From contig CAVNZM010000009.1 of NCBI GenBank assembly GCA_963693365.1, positions 8,227,408 to 8,291,407 of the forward strand: 64,000 nucleotides of DNA, in the 5' to 3' direction. The stretch is from Amoebidium appalachense. Its lineage: Eukaryota > Protista > Ichthyosporea. The notes beneath the pieces are model-generated. The model worked only from the letters and a program-made list of their open reading frames with translations, had not been told where the DNA came from and did no database searches. A program made the translations under genes and the position numbers. Positions 12,241 through 25,616 of the stretch are shown one piece after another. The first letter of the stretch is position 1. Every line of letters begins with the position of its first letter.

Positions 12241-14181
12241 CTGTGAGTGAGTGTGAGTGAGTGAGTGAGTGAGTGAGTGTGTGTGTGTGTGTTTGAAACC
12301 CCCCCACCCCCCCCTCCCGCACACACCCCATACCCTTCCCCCGCACACATATACACGAGTTCGCAATCACTATGTAGTGGTTTAAATCTGATTGCCTCGT
12401 TTCAAAATGAGCCGCGGCAAATTTTACGGTCCGCTTGTCTCTATGGCTACAGTCCAAAAACCACATCAGGACTTTAAAGTCCAAAATATGAATAGAAAAC
12501 AGGTTTTGGCCGCCTAATTAATAACTTGACAAACAAAGCGGCACATATTTTTATATAAGCAACATGGGGTGTCCCGCGTTTATTTAATGGCCAAAACAAG
12601 CAAAAACGCTAATTTTGTCTTAGACGATCAGCCCAAGGGTCGGCCGCCGCCGCGGTCACCGGCCCCACAACCAGACGGTTTTCGTCGATTTTGACGATGA
12701 AGGACGCGTCGGACTACTGCGACTCCTTATAACAATATTGCGCGTTTTTTTTATTTCCAACAACTTTTGCTAGTTGACAAAAACCTGCTTTCTAGGTGAA
12801 ATCGGGCTTAAACTGCTCTTTCTAGGTTATTCAAAGACTTTTGGGATTCAATTGCGAACTGGTGTATACATAACCTGTGCAGTTTTGCTAACACTGTATG
12901 TGAATATCTGATGTGTGAGTGTTGCAGTGTACATGTCCCTGTGCTGTGTGTGCCGGGGGTATCATACCAAGGCAGGGATGCAGCCGGGCGAGGGGTAAGG
13001 GGTGGGGGGGAAGGAGGGTGGGAAGGTGGGTGGATGGGTGGGCGGTGGTGGTGATGGTGGTGGTGGTGGTTTGGGGGGGGGAGGGGGGGGGGGGGGGGGG
13101 GGGAGGGAGGGGGGATGCCCGTGTGTGTTTGTGCGTGGGTGTGTGTGTGTGTGTGTGTGTGCCCGGGGGGGGGGGGGGGGGTTGCACGTACGGTGACCTT
13201 TCCTTTGTTGTAGTCCACATATGCAATCTTGCCGTACTTGCTGAGCGCATCCTGCAGGGTATTGCGAGGGTCACATGTATGCATGCATATTGTCCACAGG
13301 CACACACAAACACACAGGCACAGTCACACACCCACATCCACACACATGCAGGGACGCATGGACCCACGCACGCACACATGCACACACACACACACACGCA
13401 CCCACCCAAACCCACACGCACACACAGCCCCCTCCCGTTCCCCTCTCTCCCCACCGCCCCTCTCTCCTCCCCCCCCACGCAGAGAGACACGATCTTCCCT
13501 TTCCGTCACCGACCGGGCAAAAAAAAAAAACAAAAAAAAAAACAAAAAAAAAAAAACATTACCCACCTTCACAGAAGACTTTTTCGTGTTGGGGTTAAAG
13601 TTCTCCATTCTCACAATAACCCCTTCTCTCGTCGGTGCCGCGGGTTGCTCCCTTGCGTGGTTGGTGGGGGTTTTTGGTGTCTGGGGGGGCTTTTTCTTCT
13701 TCTGTTCGGCCTGTGCTTGCTTCAACATTTTCTTGTATGCCTCTTTCATCTCCAACCACTTGTGCCTGAAAAATGAAAATTCAAAAGGGGGGTCCGTTAG
13801 CAACCGAGAACTGGATAGGGAGAAGAGATACAAGCTCACGGGGGAGGGAAGGAATGGGAAGGAGGGCGTAGAAATTTAAGGAAAAAACACACCCAGCAAG
13901 ACAGTGACAGCCACGAACGATCGAGAGGAACATACAGAAACCGCGAAAAACGGGGGTTTTGAAACGGGTTCTCAGAACAAGAAGAGATGTAGAGACTAGA
14001 AGGACAGATAGAGGGTGACACAGAAACACACACAACGTCGGGCCGGAACTCTCTACATGCATCAACGCACATGAGACCATCACAAGAGAAATCGCCCCCT
14101 CCCCCCCCCCCCCCCCTCCCTTCCCCTCCCAACCACCACTTCCCCCTGCCCTTTCGACTCGCCTAGAATTACCCATACCCC

Positions 14182-14212
<31 letters not shown>

Positions 14213-15172
14213 AAAAAAAAAAAAAAGCGGGACACCACCACCCACCCATCCACCGGGGCTTCATTCACATCCAAAGCGTAAACACGAAACCAAAGCGCTG
14301 CCTTAAGGTAACTTGGGGGATGGATTTTCGCTCAAAATTGGGGGTGCGCATCAAATCGAGATCGACCAAATTCCATAATTGATCCAGCTTGTCAATCGAG
14401 GCCAAAAATCCGAAAGTTCAACTTTAAATATAAACCCCATGTCGATTGTGAGAGAATTAGCGACATACCAGGGAAGAAAATGACATGTCAATTATAAAGT
14501 GGGGGGCGGTTAGTTATATTGGAAAGGTGGCATCCCTTGGAAAAATCAAGTTTTCCCGTTCTGCACTTCTTAGCGTAAGCAATTAGAGAGAGGGTAGAAT
14601 TCGATTTTTCCAGAGGCTGACACCTTTCCAACATAACTAATTACCCCCTACTTTATTAGTAGGTTTCATTTTCTCCCCCGGTATGTGCGCTAATTCTCTG
14701 AGAAAATAGTGTTGAAATTTTGACCGATTTGAGATAAAAGCCCCAAATCCGACAATTTCAGTCGACCGGCAAGCTTGAATTTTATGGATCTGATCGATTG
14801 CATCCCCCCCGATTTAAGCGAAAATCCATCCCCCAAGTCTCCTTAGGTCAAAAATCACATTCCGATTACATTTCATCTTTCTCTCCCCACCTCCATTTCT
14901 CTTACATCCAGCACTCATCCTTTAAGCAACCGTCTCCTACCCCTCCTATGTACTCCCCCTCCCCCCTCCCCCCCCCCCCACACCCACCCACCCCCGCACA
15001 CCCACCCACCCACCCACCCACCCACACACACACACGTACTTTGTCATCACACTGAGCTCTGTTGTGACGGCATTGTCTGCTGATTTGTGGACGGTTTTTG
15101 AATTCGCAGCGGTTTGGGCTTCGTCCGGGGTGGCAAATTCGATAAACGCAAACCCCTTGATCACACGGTTCT

Positions 15173-15203
<31 letters not shown>

Positions 15204-15595
15204 GGGGTTGTGAGTGAGTAAGTGAGTTTGAATGTGTGTGTTTATGTGCATGTGCGCGTGTGTGTGTGTGCTTATGTGTATGTGTGCGCACGCGTGTGTG
15301 TGTGTGTATGTGTGTGTGTGCGCGCGCGTGTGTGTGTGGACATGTGTGTTTGCCCCTTTCCCCCCCCTCCCCCCTTCTCCACCCACGGATACAGAACTAA
15401 ACACACACGTACAAGCCACAATATGCCTCGTGCAAACTATTCCTGGACACCCCCGAGTCCTACAGTGCACCACATATCCATGTGTGAGTTGGCACAAATA
15501 TACATCTTTACAAACCATCGCGTGCACGCAAACACACATACATATATATACGCACACCCACACATCCACCCACACACACACACAGAAGCACCCCC

Positions 15596-15626
<31 letters not shown>

Positions 15627-15656
15627 AAAAAAAAAAAACCAAACCATGCCCCCCCC

Positions 15657-15687
<31 letters not shown>

Positions 15688-15993
15688 ACACACACTTCCA
15701 TACACCTCCACCGCCACCCCATCCTCACCACCATTCCAACGACATACACACCGCCCCCCAGCCCACCAAAACAACACACACACACACAAATGTATGCATA
15801 GGAACACATGCCTACCAAGCCAATCATCTCACTTATCCTCATACCGCGACAAACACACAAATCCACCCACCCGTCCAATCATTCCACTTGGTTCTTTTTA
15901 AACCCCAAGAAAAACTCAACCCCAGCCCTACAACCTAACTGTTTCACCCACCCACCCACCAAACCCGCCATCCACCCATATCCATAACATGTT

Positions 15994-16027
<34 letters not shown>

Positions 16028-16589
16028 ACCCACCACCACCAATGCCCCCCCCCCCCCCCCCCCCCCCCACACCCACACACACACACACACACCCACATCC
16101 ACACCCACCCACCCACCCACGGTACCTCGAATCTTGGCAGGCTGACATAAGTGACGTCACCATACTGGGCAAATATTTTCTGCAGCATGTCGTGGTCACA
16201 GCCGGGGGGCAGATTCTCCTGTGTGGGTGCATTATCGGTTAGCTGGGTGGGGCTATGCAATACCCGTGAGAGATGCATAGGTGCGGAGGTACATGTGTGT
16301 GTGTGTGTGTGTGTGTAGGTATGTCCACATATGCTACAACCACACACACACACACACACACACATTCTCCCTCCCCCCCCCCCCCCCCCCCTTCTTCCTG
16401 GCCCTCCACCCCCCCGCTCCCGTTTTATCCTCTCCCCCCACCCCCCTCCTTTACCCCCCCTTTTTCTCGCCCTCTACAACTCTCCCACCTCTCTATCTCC
16501 CTGTCCCCCCCCCCCCCCCTTTTTTACGTGCATAAGTGTATGTGTATGCGTGTTTGTGTGAGCGCGCGCGTGTGCGTGTGTGTGTATGT

Positions 16590-16636
<47 letters not shown>

Positions 16637-17366
16637 GCACGCTTTTTGTGTAAACACCAGTGTTCAGGAACGTCCACAACACACAATCATTTAAGGGGCC
16701 GTAAACATCAGCCGTGCCTTATTAGCACCCATAACTGCATGTTCGACTCCCAGCAACCACACACACACAAATGACGTGAGAACAGCGATTGGCTCTATGC
16801 ATTAGTGAGTAAAAGCACAAAAACACGGTCACCGCACCAAGATCATACCAAAATGGGAAAGTAACGATTTTGGCGTATGCGCGCCAAAGAGAATGCACAG
16901 GAAAAAAAGGAAAACGTAATGGATATTAGGCTACACCCACCGCGTATATTGTCCGATCATCAACATTTGCAGGTTGCACGAATGGTACCCGCCGCCTGAT
17001 GGCCTTTTTCTCCTTTGACACCTGTGTGAGAATATGCGCCCAATTAGCAAAACCACTAACACAGTTTACGCTTCTTGTCCTGCCCTTAGCCAACCAACAA
17101 CACCTCCACCCATTCACCTACATACCGACCACAAATACCAAGAAGAAGACGGGGAGAAAAATCGCCTGTCCTTTTTGATCTTATCTTCAGACTCCAGCAC
17201 GCACATATCACTCTTTTTTTGATGTCTCCCCCCCCCCCCCCCCCCCCCCCCCCCAACACACACAAACACGCACAAAAAAAAAAAAAAAAAAAAAAAAGAC
17301 ACACACCATTATCCCACTCTACACCCCTGTACCCTTTCCTTTCAATCCTCTCTTTGAATTTTCTAA

Positions 17367-17399
<33 letters not shown>

Positions 17400-17515
17400 C
17401 AAAAAAAATCTGATCCAGTATTATTGTACTATTTGCACACCATCCTGTCATCTAAAGCGAAAAAATGCCCGTGTCCATGTGTTTGTGCTTGCATGTGTGC
17501 ATGTGTTTCTACGCA

Positions 17516-17579
<64 letters not shown>

Positions 17580-17645
17580 TGTGTGTGGTGCTTGTAACAG
17601 TGTGCCATGTATGTGTGCGCAGGCACGCGCATGCGTCCTTGTGTG

Positions 17646-17710
<65 letters not shown>

Positions 17711-18806
17711 CTGCGTGTATGTCTGTGTGTATATGTGCCTGTGCAAGCACACACCTCGACAAGTGTTGAGTTCTTGAGTGCACGGAGTATCCTATCCGTG
17801 TCTGTGGTCAACACCTTCATCTTGTTGAAATTTCCAATCACAGCCACTGGAATCCCTGCAAACAAACAACAAAAATCAGCACGAATCTTGTTTTCAGTTC
17901 CCCCCCCCCCCCCTTTTTTTTTTGTGCGGCCAAAAGGAAAAAGTACCAAACAACAACCCGTCCTGATCAGCAACCAGGTAGCAGAGGGTACACTACCATC
18001 CCCCCCCCCCCCGGGGGGGGGGGGGAATAGAGATAGAGAGAGAGAGAGAAACCAGGAGGAAAGCCACCAAGGAACTACACACCATAGCCACACACAAATT
18101 GCACCTGCTGTTCTTTTTTACCCCCCCCCCCCCCCCCCCCCCCCCCGCCCTGGGGGGCCCGCGCCCGCCACAGGGGCCGAAAAAAAAAAAGGACAACAGA
18201 AAAGAAAGGGGGGGAAAAAGGGGAAAGATAAAGAGAAAAAAACGAAAGAAAGAAAGGGAAAAAAAAGAAAAAAACAGGGGGGGGGGGGGGGGGGAGGGGG
18301 GAGGGGGGGGAGGAAGGCCATCCCTCATTCCCTTTACACTCCACCTAACACCACTCCATACCCACACAAATCACAACACGAATGCATCGTAAGCCACAGC
18401 ACTATTCATCTAGCAAGCCCCCAACCATCGAAGCACCTCCTTTCCCCCCTTCCCCCCCTCCCCCCCCCCCCCCCCCAAAAAAAAAAAAAATAAATAAAAA
18501 TAAATAAATAAATAAATAAATAAAAATAAAGGAAAAGGAAAGAAAAAAAAGATTAAATACAAACAAACACAATACACGCAGAAAAACATGCATACAAACA
18601 CAGCAATAAAGAGAAAACTAGATATACATAGACACGTCCCTATTGCCGCCCTAGGCACGAACATGCATGACCCGCGCATCGAGTGCACACCTCCATCTTC
18701 CCCCCCCCCCCCCCCCCCCTGCCTCGTCTTCACACACACACACGCACACGCACACACACACCCTTCCCCCCTTTCCCCCAAAACACACATACGCACACCC
18801 GTCCAG

Positions 18807-18843
<37 letters not shown>

Positions 18844-18898
18844 CCTCACCCACCCACCAACCCACCCACACCCACCCACCCACCCACACACCCACCAC

Positions 18899-18941
<43 letters not shown>

Positions 18942-19067
18942 ACATCCGTCCTTGGCCTGGTCTATCTCGTGCTTCATGAACCTGTCTTTGCCCAGGTTGG
19001 AATCCCCAAAATAGAACTCCACCTGCCTGACTATCCTCTCGTCAAGACCCTCCTTTCCACCCGCCAT
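9049..19067 (-). CDS. LARP7: La-related protein 7-like (La motif + RRM1 + xRRM), 10 coding exons
   Basis: Phase-consistent GT-AG exons: 19067-18944, 17855-17755, 17021-16941, 16218-16126, 15170-15040, 13765-13567, 13251-13192, 12100-11986, 11101-10974, 9792-9049. La motif [32 protein letters not shown]; RRM1 [17 protein letters not shown]; [13 protein letters not shown]; xRRM GVIV..IAYVDY..AFVR..EHTEYW; long basic tail. Confidence 0.9.
9842..9972 (-). repeat. 5'-truncated copy C of the same element
   Basis: Reverse complement GTGGATAGCGTGGGCCTCCCCCTGAGGATGGGCTCTGCTTATTATGCATACT..CTGCATCGTGTT matches the 3' half of copy B. Confidence 0.75.
10511..10793 (-). ncRNA. Putative structured RNA / dispersed repeat, full copy A (LARP7 intron 9)
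   Basis: Reverse complement aligns with 24578-24826, sharing GCATAAGCAACCCTGCTCGTCT..GATCAAGACGGG, GGTCGAAACTC, CTGAGGATGGGCTCTGCTTAT and the 3' end CGCATTCAAA. Helices covary between copies. Expression is not shown. Confidence 0.5.
14306..14843. mobile_element. Fold-back MITE in LARP7 intron 5
   Basis: TIR AGG(TA/AG)ACTTGGGGGATGGATTTTCGCT with 2 mismatches; additional internal inverted arms (GAGAATTAGCG..ATACC at about 14453 versus GGTAT..CGCTAATTCTC at about 14680); TA at both flanks. Confidence 0.8.
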
Positions 19068-19473
19068 TTTCCGGACGCCAATGGCGGAAAACGTTTCAAG
19101 AAAGCTCAAAAATGTAAATTACAAAAAAAATCAGTTGGGGATCCGAAAAGGAACCGACGTTTTAGAAGGGGAAGCAGATTGACCTCGATAAAGTGTAGGT
19201 GTATCCGGGCACTCGGGTTTTGGGGGGGCCAAAAAAAATAAAAAAAAGGCAACAGAAATCTAATTACCGTCCAGCAGTCAACCTGTGGAATGATAGCAGA
19301 AGTAGGTGGTCAGCAAATCACACAATCAGTTGTCATCCCATTATTACAATACTAGAGTGCCATTGGCAGGGCGGCCGGACGGAAAGGAGGGGGGGAGGGG
19401 CCGGGGGGGGGGGGTGGGGGGAGGGGGGGGAGATAAAGAGCGATAGAGCGACAGAGCGAGGCGTGGAGAGGTG

Positions 19474-19474
<1 letters not shown>

Positions 19475-19563
<89 letters not shown>

Positions 19564-19616
19564 GAGAGAGAGAGGGAGAGAGAGAGAGAAGAGAGAAGAG
19601 AGGGGGGGGGGGGAGC

Positions 19617-19666
<50 letters not shown>

Positions 19667-19830
19667 AAGGGAGGGAGGGAGGGAGAGGGAGAGAGGGAGA
19701 GAGAGGGGGGGGAGGGAGGGAGGGAGGGAGTTGGGAGCGAGGAAGAGGGTGGGGGGAGAGGGGGGAGGAGAGATATATAGATAGAGGGGGGGGGGGGGGG
19801 GGAGGGAGACAGAGAGAGAGAGAGAGTGTG
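19475..19830. repeat. (GA)n / polypurine tract
   Basis: Long GA runs between the divergent LARP7 and PRL starts. Confidence 0.9.
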
Positions 19831-21435
19831 TGTGTGTGTGTGTGAGGGAGAGACCGAGGAAGAGGCAGAGAGGGAGAGACGAGAGGGAGAAAGCGGAGGA
19901 AGGAGAGACGGGGGGGCGCGGGCGGGGGGGGGGGGGGGGGGGGGGGGAGACGAGAGAAAGAGATTGTGTCTGTGTGCGTGTGCGTGTGCGTTTGTGTGTG
20001 TGTGTTTGTGGGCGGGGGGAGGGGGGGGGGGGGGGAGGGAGGGATGGCGGGGGGTTACGTTGAAACAATTGCAAGGGAATGGTGGTGAAGGTCTAGCTGC
20101 CCATTGGTGTTCATAAAACACAGTCTTACAAGAACACACGAAAAAGAGAAGGAACGAATCATATACGCATAATGCTCGTAAGCAGGAAAGAAGGCGTTAG
20201 TAAACGAAACTTGCTGGACGGAGAAGCTGGAGTTCAGGTAGGAGCTGTGCAGGAAGTGAACAGGAGTGCAGAATTTGGCGTTGGATGTTCCATGAACTTT
20301 CAGCATCCATCCATTAGGTTCAATTCAACTAGTACCCTAGAGTTTCAGAGTAGGGAAAACTCAAAAAAGAAGAACACAATCAAGTGTTTATGTCCAGACA
20401 TGGCAAACATCAATAACGGTCAAAGGCGGAAGAACATTCAGGCATGCAGAGTTTACTATCTTTTAGATGCAGTGAGGAAGTGCCTCGAAGCTGGTGCTAC
20501 GGATAGTGTAGCAGAATGCTTACCTAACTATGTCGAGTTGTTTCCACTCAACTCATTTCGAAGAAGGAACATAGGCCTAACTCTGTGAACCGTGTTCAAA
20601 CTGAGCTGTACTGCTTCAAGTGGCCTCAAATTAGCCTACTTGAGGCAATTTGAATGATATCTGCTTAGTTACACATATTACGTCACAGCCCCTTGACCCC
20701 TTCTCTCGACTTCTGTGACAACCTAACGGGTCAGTCGAATCGAGATAGTCTTTGATGAAAATTCATGATTTGCAAAGGCCCCACGCTTGGCACCTACCAG
20801 GCTGCATGCAAGCAAATGGTTCGGTAGTAACATTGCAAAAAGCATAGAAAACCCTCCAAAACCGAGGGCCTAATTTAAATCCTATATCATAACTCTCTAA
20901 CATGATGGTTACATGATTAACTAAGTGCTTGAGCCTTGCCTCAGTAAGACTAAGAACAAAGATTAGCCGGGTTATGATCCGGGGGTGTTTTTCCTCTCAT
21001 ATCCACCTGCATATCCTTCTAGCCCTCTGCCCTAATCGAGCCAATCCACCCCGGTGAGCTCCCTCACAGTGGGTGCTTTCAGTCAGCTGTTCGGAGGGTG
21101 TAAACGTTGTTCTTCCAGCTGTCACGATCATAAACATTTTTCTTAGAGTTTGTTCTTACTTTCATACACATGTATAGACACATACGGTCAGAGACCTTTA
21201 TCTCTTCTCATTTTGTGTAGCCGGAGTGGTGAACTGGACGGCACACTGGGGCGCAGTACGCGTGCCTGTTTGGGTGTGCCAAAAACACCAACACTGCCCC
21301 GCTTTTGCCGGGGAGTTTCTGCCTCTACAATCGGCAGTGATGTAGACGAGGTGTGTTTGCGGTTCTTTCTGACTTGCGTGTTAGTAGGTGCTACATGCTA
21401 TGCTGGTGCGTTGTGTGCTTGTAGGCGTGCACCAG

Positions 21436-21560
<125 letters not shown>

Positions 21561-21769
21561 GTACGTGTGCACGGTTTATGCCCTTCGGTGTTTAGGTGTG
21601 CATAAGCGTGTGTTTTGGCACAAACCTCTGTGTAATGCCTTTGCTTGCCTTGTGGCTACAGTCTTTTGCATGTTTGAGCGCAAGAACATCTGTGTGCACA
21701 AGTATCCCTGCTTTTTTATATGCCTTTTCCAATTGAAAACATGTAGGTTTCCTTGTGTTGGTGTTTAAG

Positions 21770-21930
21770 GGTTGTAATTGTGCTTGTGTTACTATTATCA
21801 ATGCTTTTGTTGTGCTTGTAATTCTGCTTTGTGCTTGCATCCCTGTTATCAATGCTCTATGTATGCTTGTATTCCTGTTATCAACTTCTGTATTTGTGCT
21901 TGTATCCCTGTTATCATTGCTTGCATGCTT
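21770..21930. repeat. Minisatellite, unit about 30 bp
   Basis: Recurrent TGTGCTTGTATCCCTGTTATCAATGCT variants. Confidence 0.7.
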
Positions 21931-22023
21931 CCTCGCACATCTACGATGTTGCTTGTAATGTTCCGTGCATTCCTCTGTTCGATGCTTGTTATCTTCCTTT
22001 TACTCCTATGATATTGCTTGTAG

Positions 22024-22158
22024 TGATGTTAATATGACCACACAGACGCCTGGGGGCCGAGCGGCAGCACGGCTCCGAAACCTCGCTTCGTTTGGAGAGC
22101 GAGGGGGTACCCACACAGGAAGAGAGCATTGGCCGATGGGGGACTAGGCCTATTTTAG
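22024..22158 (+). other. Predicted PRL 5'UTR exon carrying a 37-codon uORF (22034-22147)
   Basis: Acceptor cttgtag ends at 22023 and donor AG|gtatgg starts at 22159; the downstream acceptor ttgcag at 22655 lies 8 nt before the PRL ATG. Confidence 0.45.
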
Positions 22159-22663
22159 GTATGGTTGTGCTGATGCGCTGCTCATGCTATCTAGATTTAC
22201 CTGGAAAATTGAAATTTATGCAAGATTTAAGACGGGGTTGTGAGGTGTCTGTAAATTCTTGAAGCATATTTTTGCTTATGTAGATATTAGTGTGGTAAGC
22301 CTGCATATCAATTCTGTTTTCTATCGGGTTACTTGTTGGGCACGAGTCAAGGTGACCCCCCCCCCCCCCCCCAAAAAAAAAAAAAAAAAAAGAAAGAAAG
22401 AAAGAAAGAAAGAAAGAAACATTCCCGGCACGAAAACATCGACTGATTACTCAACTCCCTCCTCCTTGCAAACATTGTGCATGACCCCCCACCCCCCCCA
22501 CACACCCCCCCCCCCCCCCCCCCCCCCCCGCCGCCTCCATCCCTCCCTCCCCACTTCTTCTCCGTCGAAAGTGACCTACGTAGTATCACCATAAATGCAA
22601 TGCCATGGATGTGATAATGCTATGTGAAACTGATATCACTGTTCTGTGATTGCAGACGGGAAG

Positions 22664-23804
22664 ATGCAGAACCCACCGGCGCTGATTGAGCATAAGGGGA
22701 TGCGGTTCATGATTATGGATGCTCCTAGCGACTCAAACCTACCCTTATACCTCCAGGTAGGGCGTGTGAGCTACACACACCAGAACACATGCACACGTGC
22801 ACACGAGCATGCATGCACGCGTCTACACACACGCACACAAACACGTGCACAAATACACCCCCCCCACCCCCCACCCCACCCCATGCACGCGGGCACACAC
22901 AAACACACACACAAACAAACAACATACACATACATGTGCTCATCCGTATGCATGTTGTTGCCTGTGTGTTTTTCGGTGTTTAGTGGTTCATACGGCGAAT
23001 ACATAGGTTACACCGTGCACATTCTGTTTCAACTCTCATCAGTCGTTTTTGTTATTCCACATAGGCTTAAGAATGTAGTGTAGGCACGACTTCAAACAAA
23101 CGGCAAGATAAAGGGAGTAATCTGCGATCATTGGCCAGCATGATGGCAGGTGTTACCCAATCAAAATTCGCCAATTATTTATGATTTATGCGCCATATTT
23201 GGCAGGTGGCTAACCATAGGTTAGTTTTGTTCCCTTGCTGGCTAGCTTTTTTGGCTGCAGCGTTTGCATGAATATTATTTCTACAAAACAATATAGTAAA
23301 AAGTAAAAGCTTTTAGGAAACATATATAACAGCCAAAAAAACCGCTCTTTCAGGGTGATAACATCTCTATAAATTCAGCCTGTCCTAAAAACCATTATGC
23401 TTCATTAGCCATCATCAGAAGTACTATAGACTGTTGTCGGTGCACCTGACAGTCCATCTCTCACCACCCCTTTGACAATTACGTTGGTATTTTTTCCGCG
23501 CTTTTTTATCTGGCGAGCGAATGCAGAATTTCATATAGAAGTTACTAGAAAACATCAGATATCCATTCCATCATATCTGGGACAAAGGCACATGGTATTC
23601 ACGTCACGTTATGAATTGCCGATTTAGTCCGCAATTTTGAGATCGTTTTTCTGATTTGTCGTGTTTGGTGTGGTGTGAGCAGGAACTGAAGAAGAACAAG
23701 GTTACGGATGTTGTGAGGGTGTGCGACCCAACATACAATGCTGACGTGATGGGCCAGGCTGGCATCAGGGTCCATGTACGTGCACATACACACACACACA
23801 CGTG

Positions 23805-23864
<60 letters not shown>

Positions 23865-23921
23865 CGCGCGCACACATACACACGTGTTCACACACACACA
23901 CGTACACACCCACACACACGT

Positions 23922-23971
<50 letters not shown>

Positions 23972-24938
23972 ACGTGTTCACACGTTCACACGTACACACA
24001 CACATACACTCGCACGCACACACGTGCACATGCACACATCTGACCACTTGAAAAAATAGTGCATGGGCACATTCATGCATCTGTACCTACTGTACCTGCA
24101 AATGCACGTTTGTATGCACCTTTCCAACACCTGTGCACGTGCTGTTGAAGGATAGGAATATGCACACACGGGCATGTGGGGATGTGTGTACATGCAGAGA
24201 CACCCACACACACACACACATGTGCGTGCATATGCACGGACACACACAAAGTACGTGCACACGTACACACGCCCACCTGTTCAGACATGCAGACACACAG
24301 ACACACGGCCCACACAGACGTGTTGACACGCGTGGATGATCTCTCTTGGTCTACACATACACTCTCACTTGCGCACTTATTCCTGCACACACACCCACTG
24401 ACCCACCCACCCACCCACCCATTAACCCACTGACACTCACTCATACACACACATAAACTCACTCACTCTCTAATCCCCCTCCCTCCCTCCCCCCTCCCCG
24501 CACTCCCAACGACACATACACATCCCCCCCCCCCCCCCCCCCCCCCTGCAACTTTAACCCCCGGCCTTTCCCACTGCCCTTGCCTGCATAAGCAACCCTG
24601 CTCGTCTCTGATCAAGACGGGTGACCTACTCATGTTCAAGTGAAACAGTATCTGAGTTGGGTTTCGTTAAAGAGGTGAATAGGTCGAAACTCGGGTACTG
24701 TGGATGACGTGGCCCCCCCCTGAGGATGGGCTCTGCTTATTATGCATACTATTTATGTATGGCTTGCATTCTGCATCGTGTTATCCGTTTGTTCTTGTGT
24801 ACTTCGTACTTTTTGACGCATTCAAACCCCCCATCCCCCCCCCCCCCCCCCCCCCCCCCACCCCACCCTCCCCGCCATACATACAACCCCCCCGCCCCCC
24901 CACCCCCCTTCCCCCTGCCCTCCCCCTCCCCCCACCCC

Positions 24939-24971
<33 letters not shown>

Positions 24972-25585
24972 TACACACACACACACACCCCCTTCCCCCC
25001 CCCCCCCCCCCCCCCGCCCCCCCCTCCCCACCACCACCACCACTCCCACCCCCACCAGGACTGGGCATTTGCCGATGGTGAGGCACCCCCAGCCACAGTG
25101 GTCAACCACTGGCTGGATCTTGTGCAGGAGAGGTTCGGCACCAAGGACTGTTCAGGGTGCATTGCCGTGCACTGTGTGGCTGGACTGGGAAGGTGTGTGT
25201 CTATGTTCCTATATGTGTTTGGCGTGTTGAGGGTGTGGGTGTTTGCCTGTTTTTATGCATACACTCACCCTTTGCCCGATCTGAATATGTACCTGCATTA
25301 TTACCCCCCTTCCCCCCTCCCCTTATCTCAAAATCAAACTTAACCCATTACCCTATGCATATTCTTTGTGTACTTTGCACTCTGCATTGTGTTGCCGGCC
25401 ATGAACGTGTATGTACTACTTACTCTGTAGTACATTTTTTACAAACCCCCCCCCCCCCCCCCCCCCCCCGGTCCCTCCCTCCCTTTGGCGGCTGATGAGC
25501 CCCCCTGATGAACAGCTTTTGATGTTTTTGCCTTTTCATTTCCCCTGTATGAATGTACTTGTATGAATGTTTTACCCCCCCCCCC

Positions 25586-25616
<31 letters not shown>

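Noticed and set aside
12373-12817. Possible degenerate hAT-like MITE in LARP7 intron 7
   Set aside because: The terminal inverted match is only partial and no target-site duplication is visible.
20172-20588. 138-aa ORF between LARP7 and PRL
   Set aside because: No recognisable domain or splice context; it lies in the likely divergent promoter/UTR region.
24640-24740. Hammerhead ribozyme call from CGAAAC and CTGAGGA in the structured element
   Set aside because: I could not build stems I-III with a valid NUH cleavage site in any topology, so it is left as an unknown RNA.
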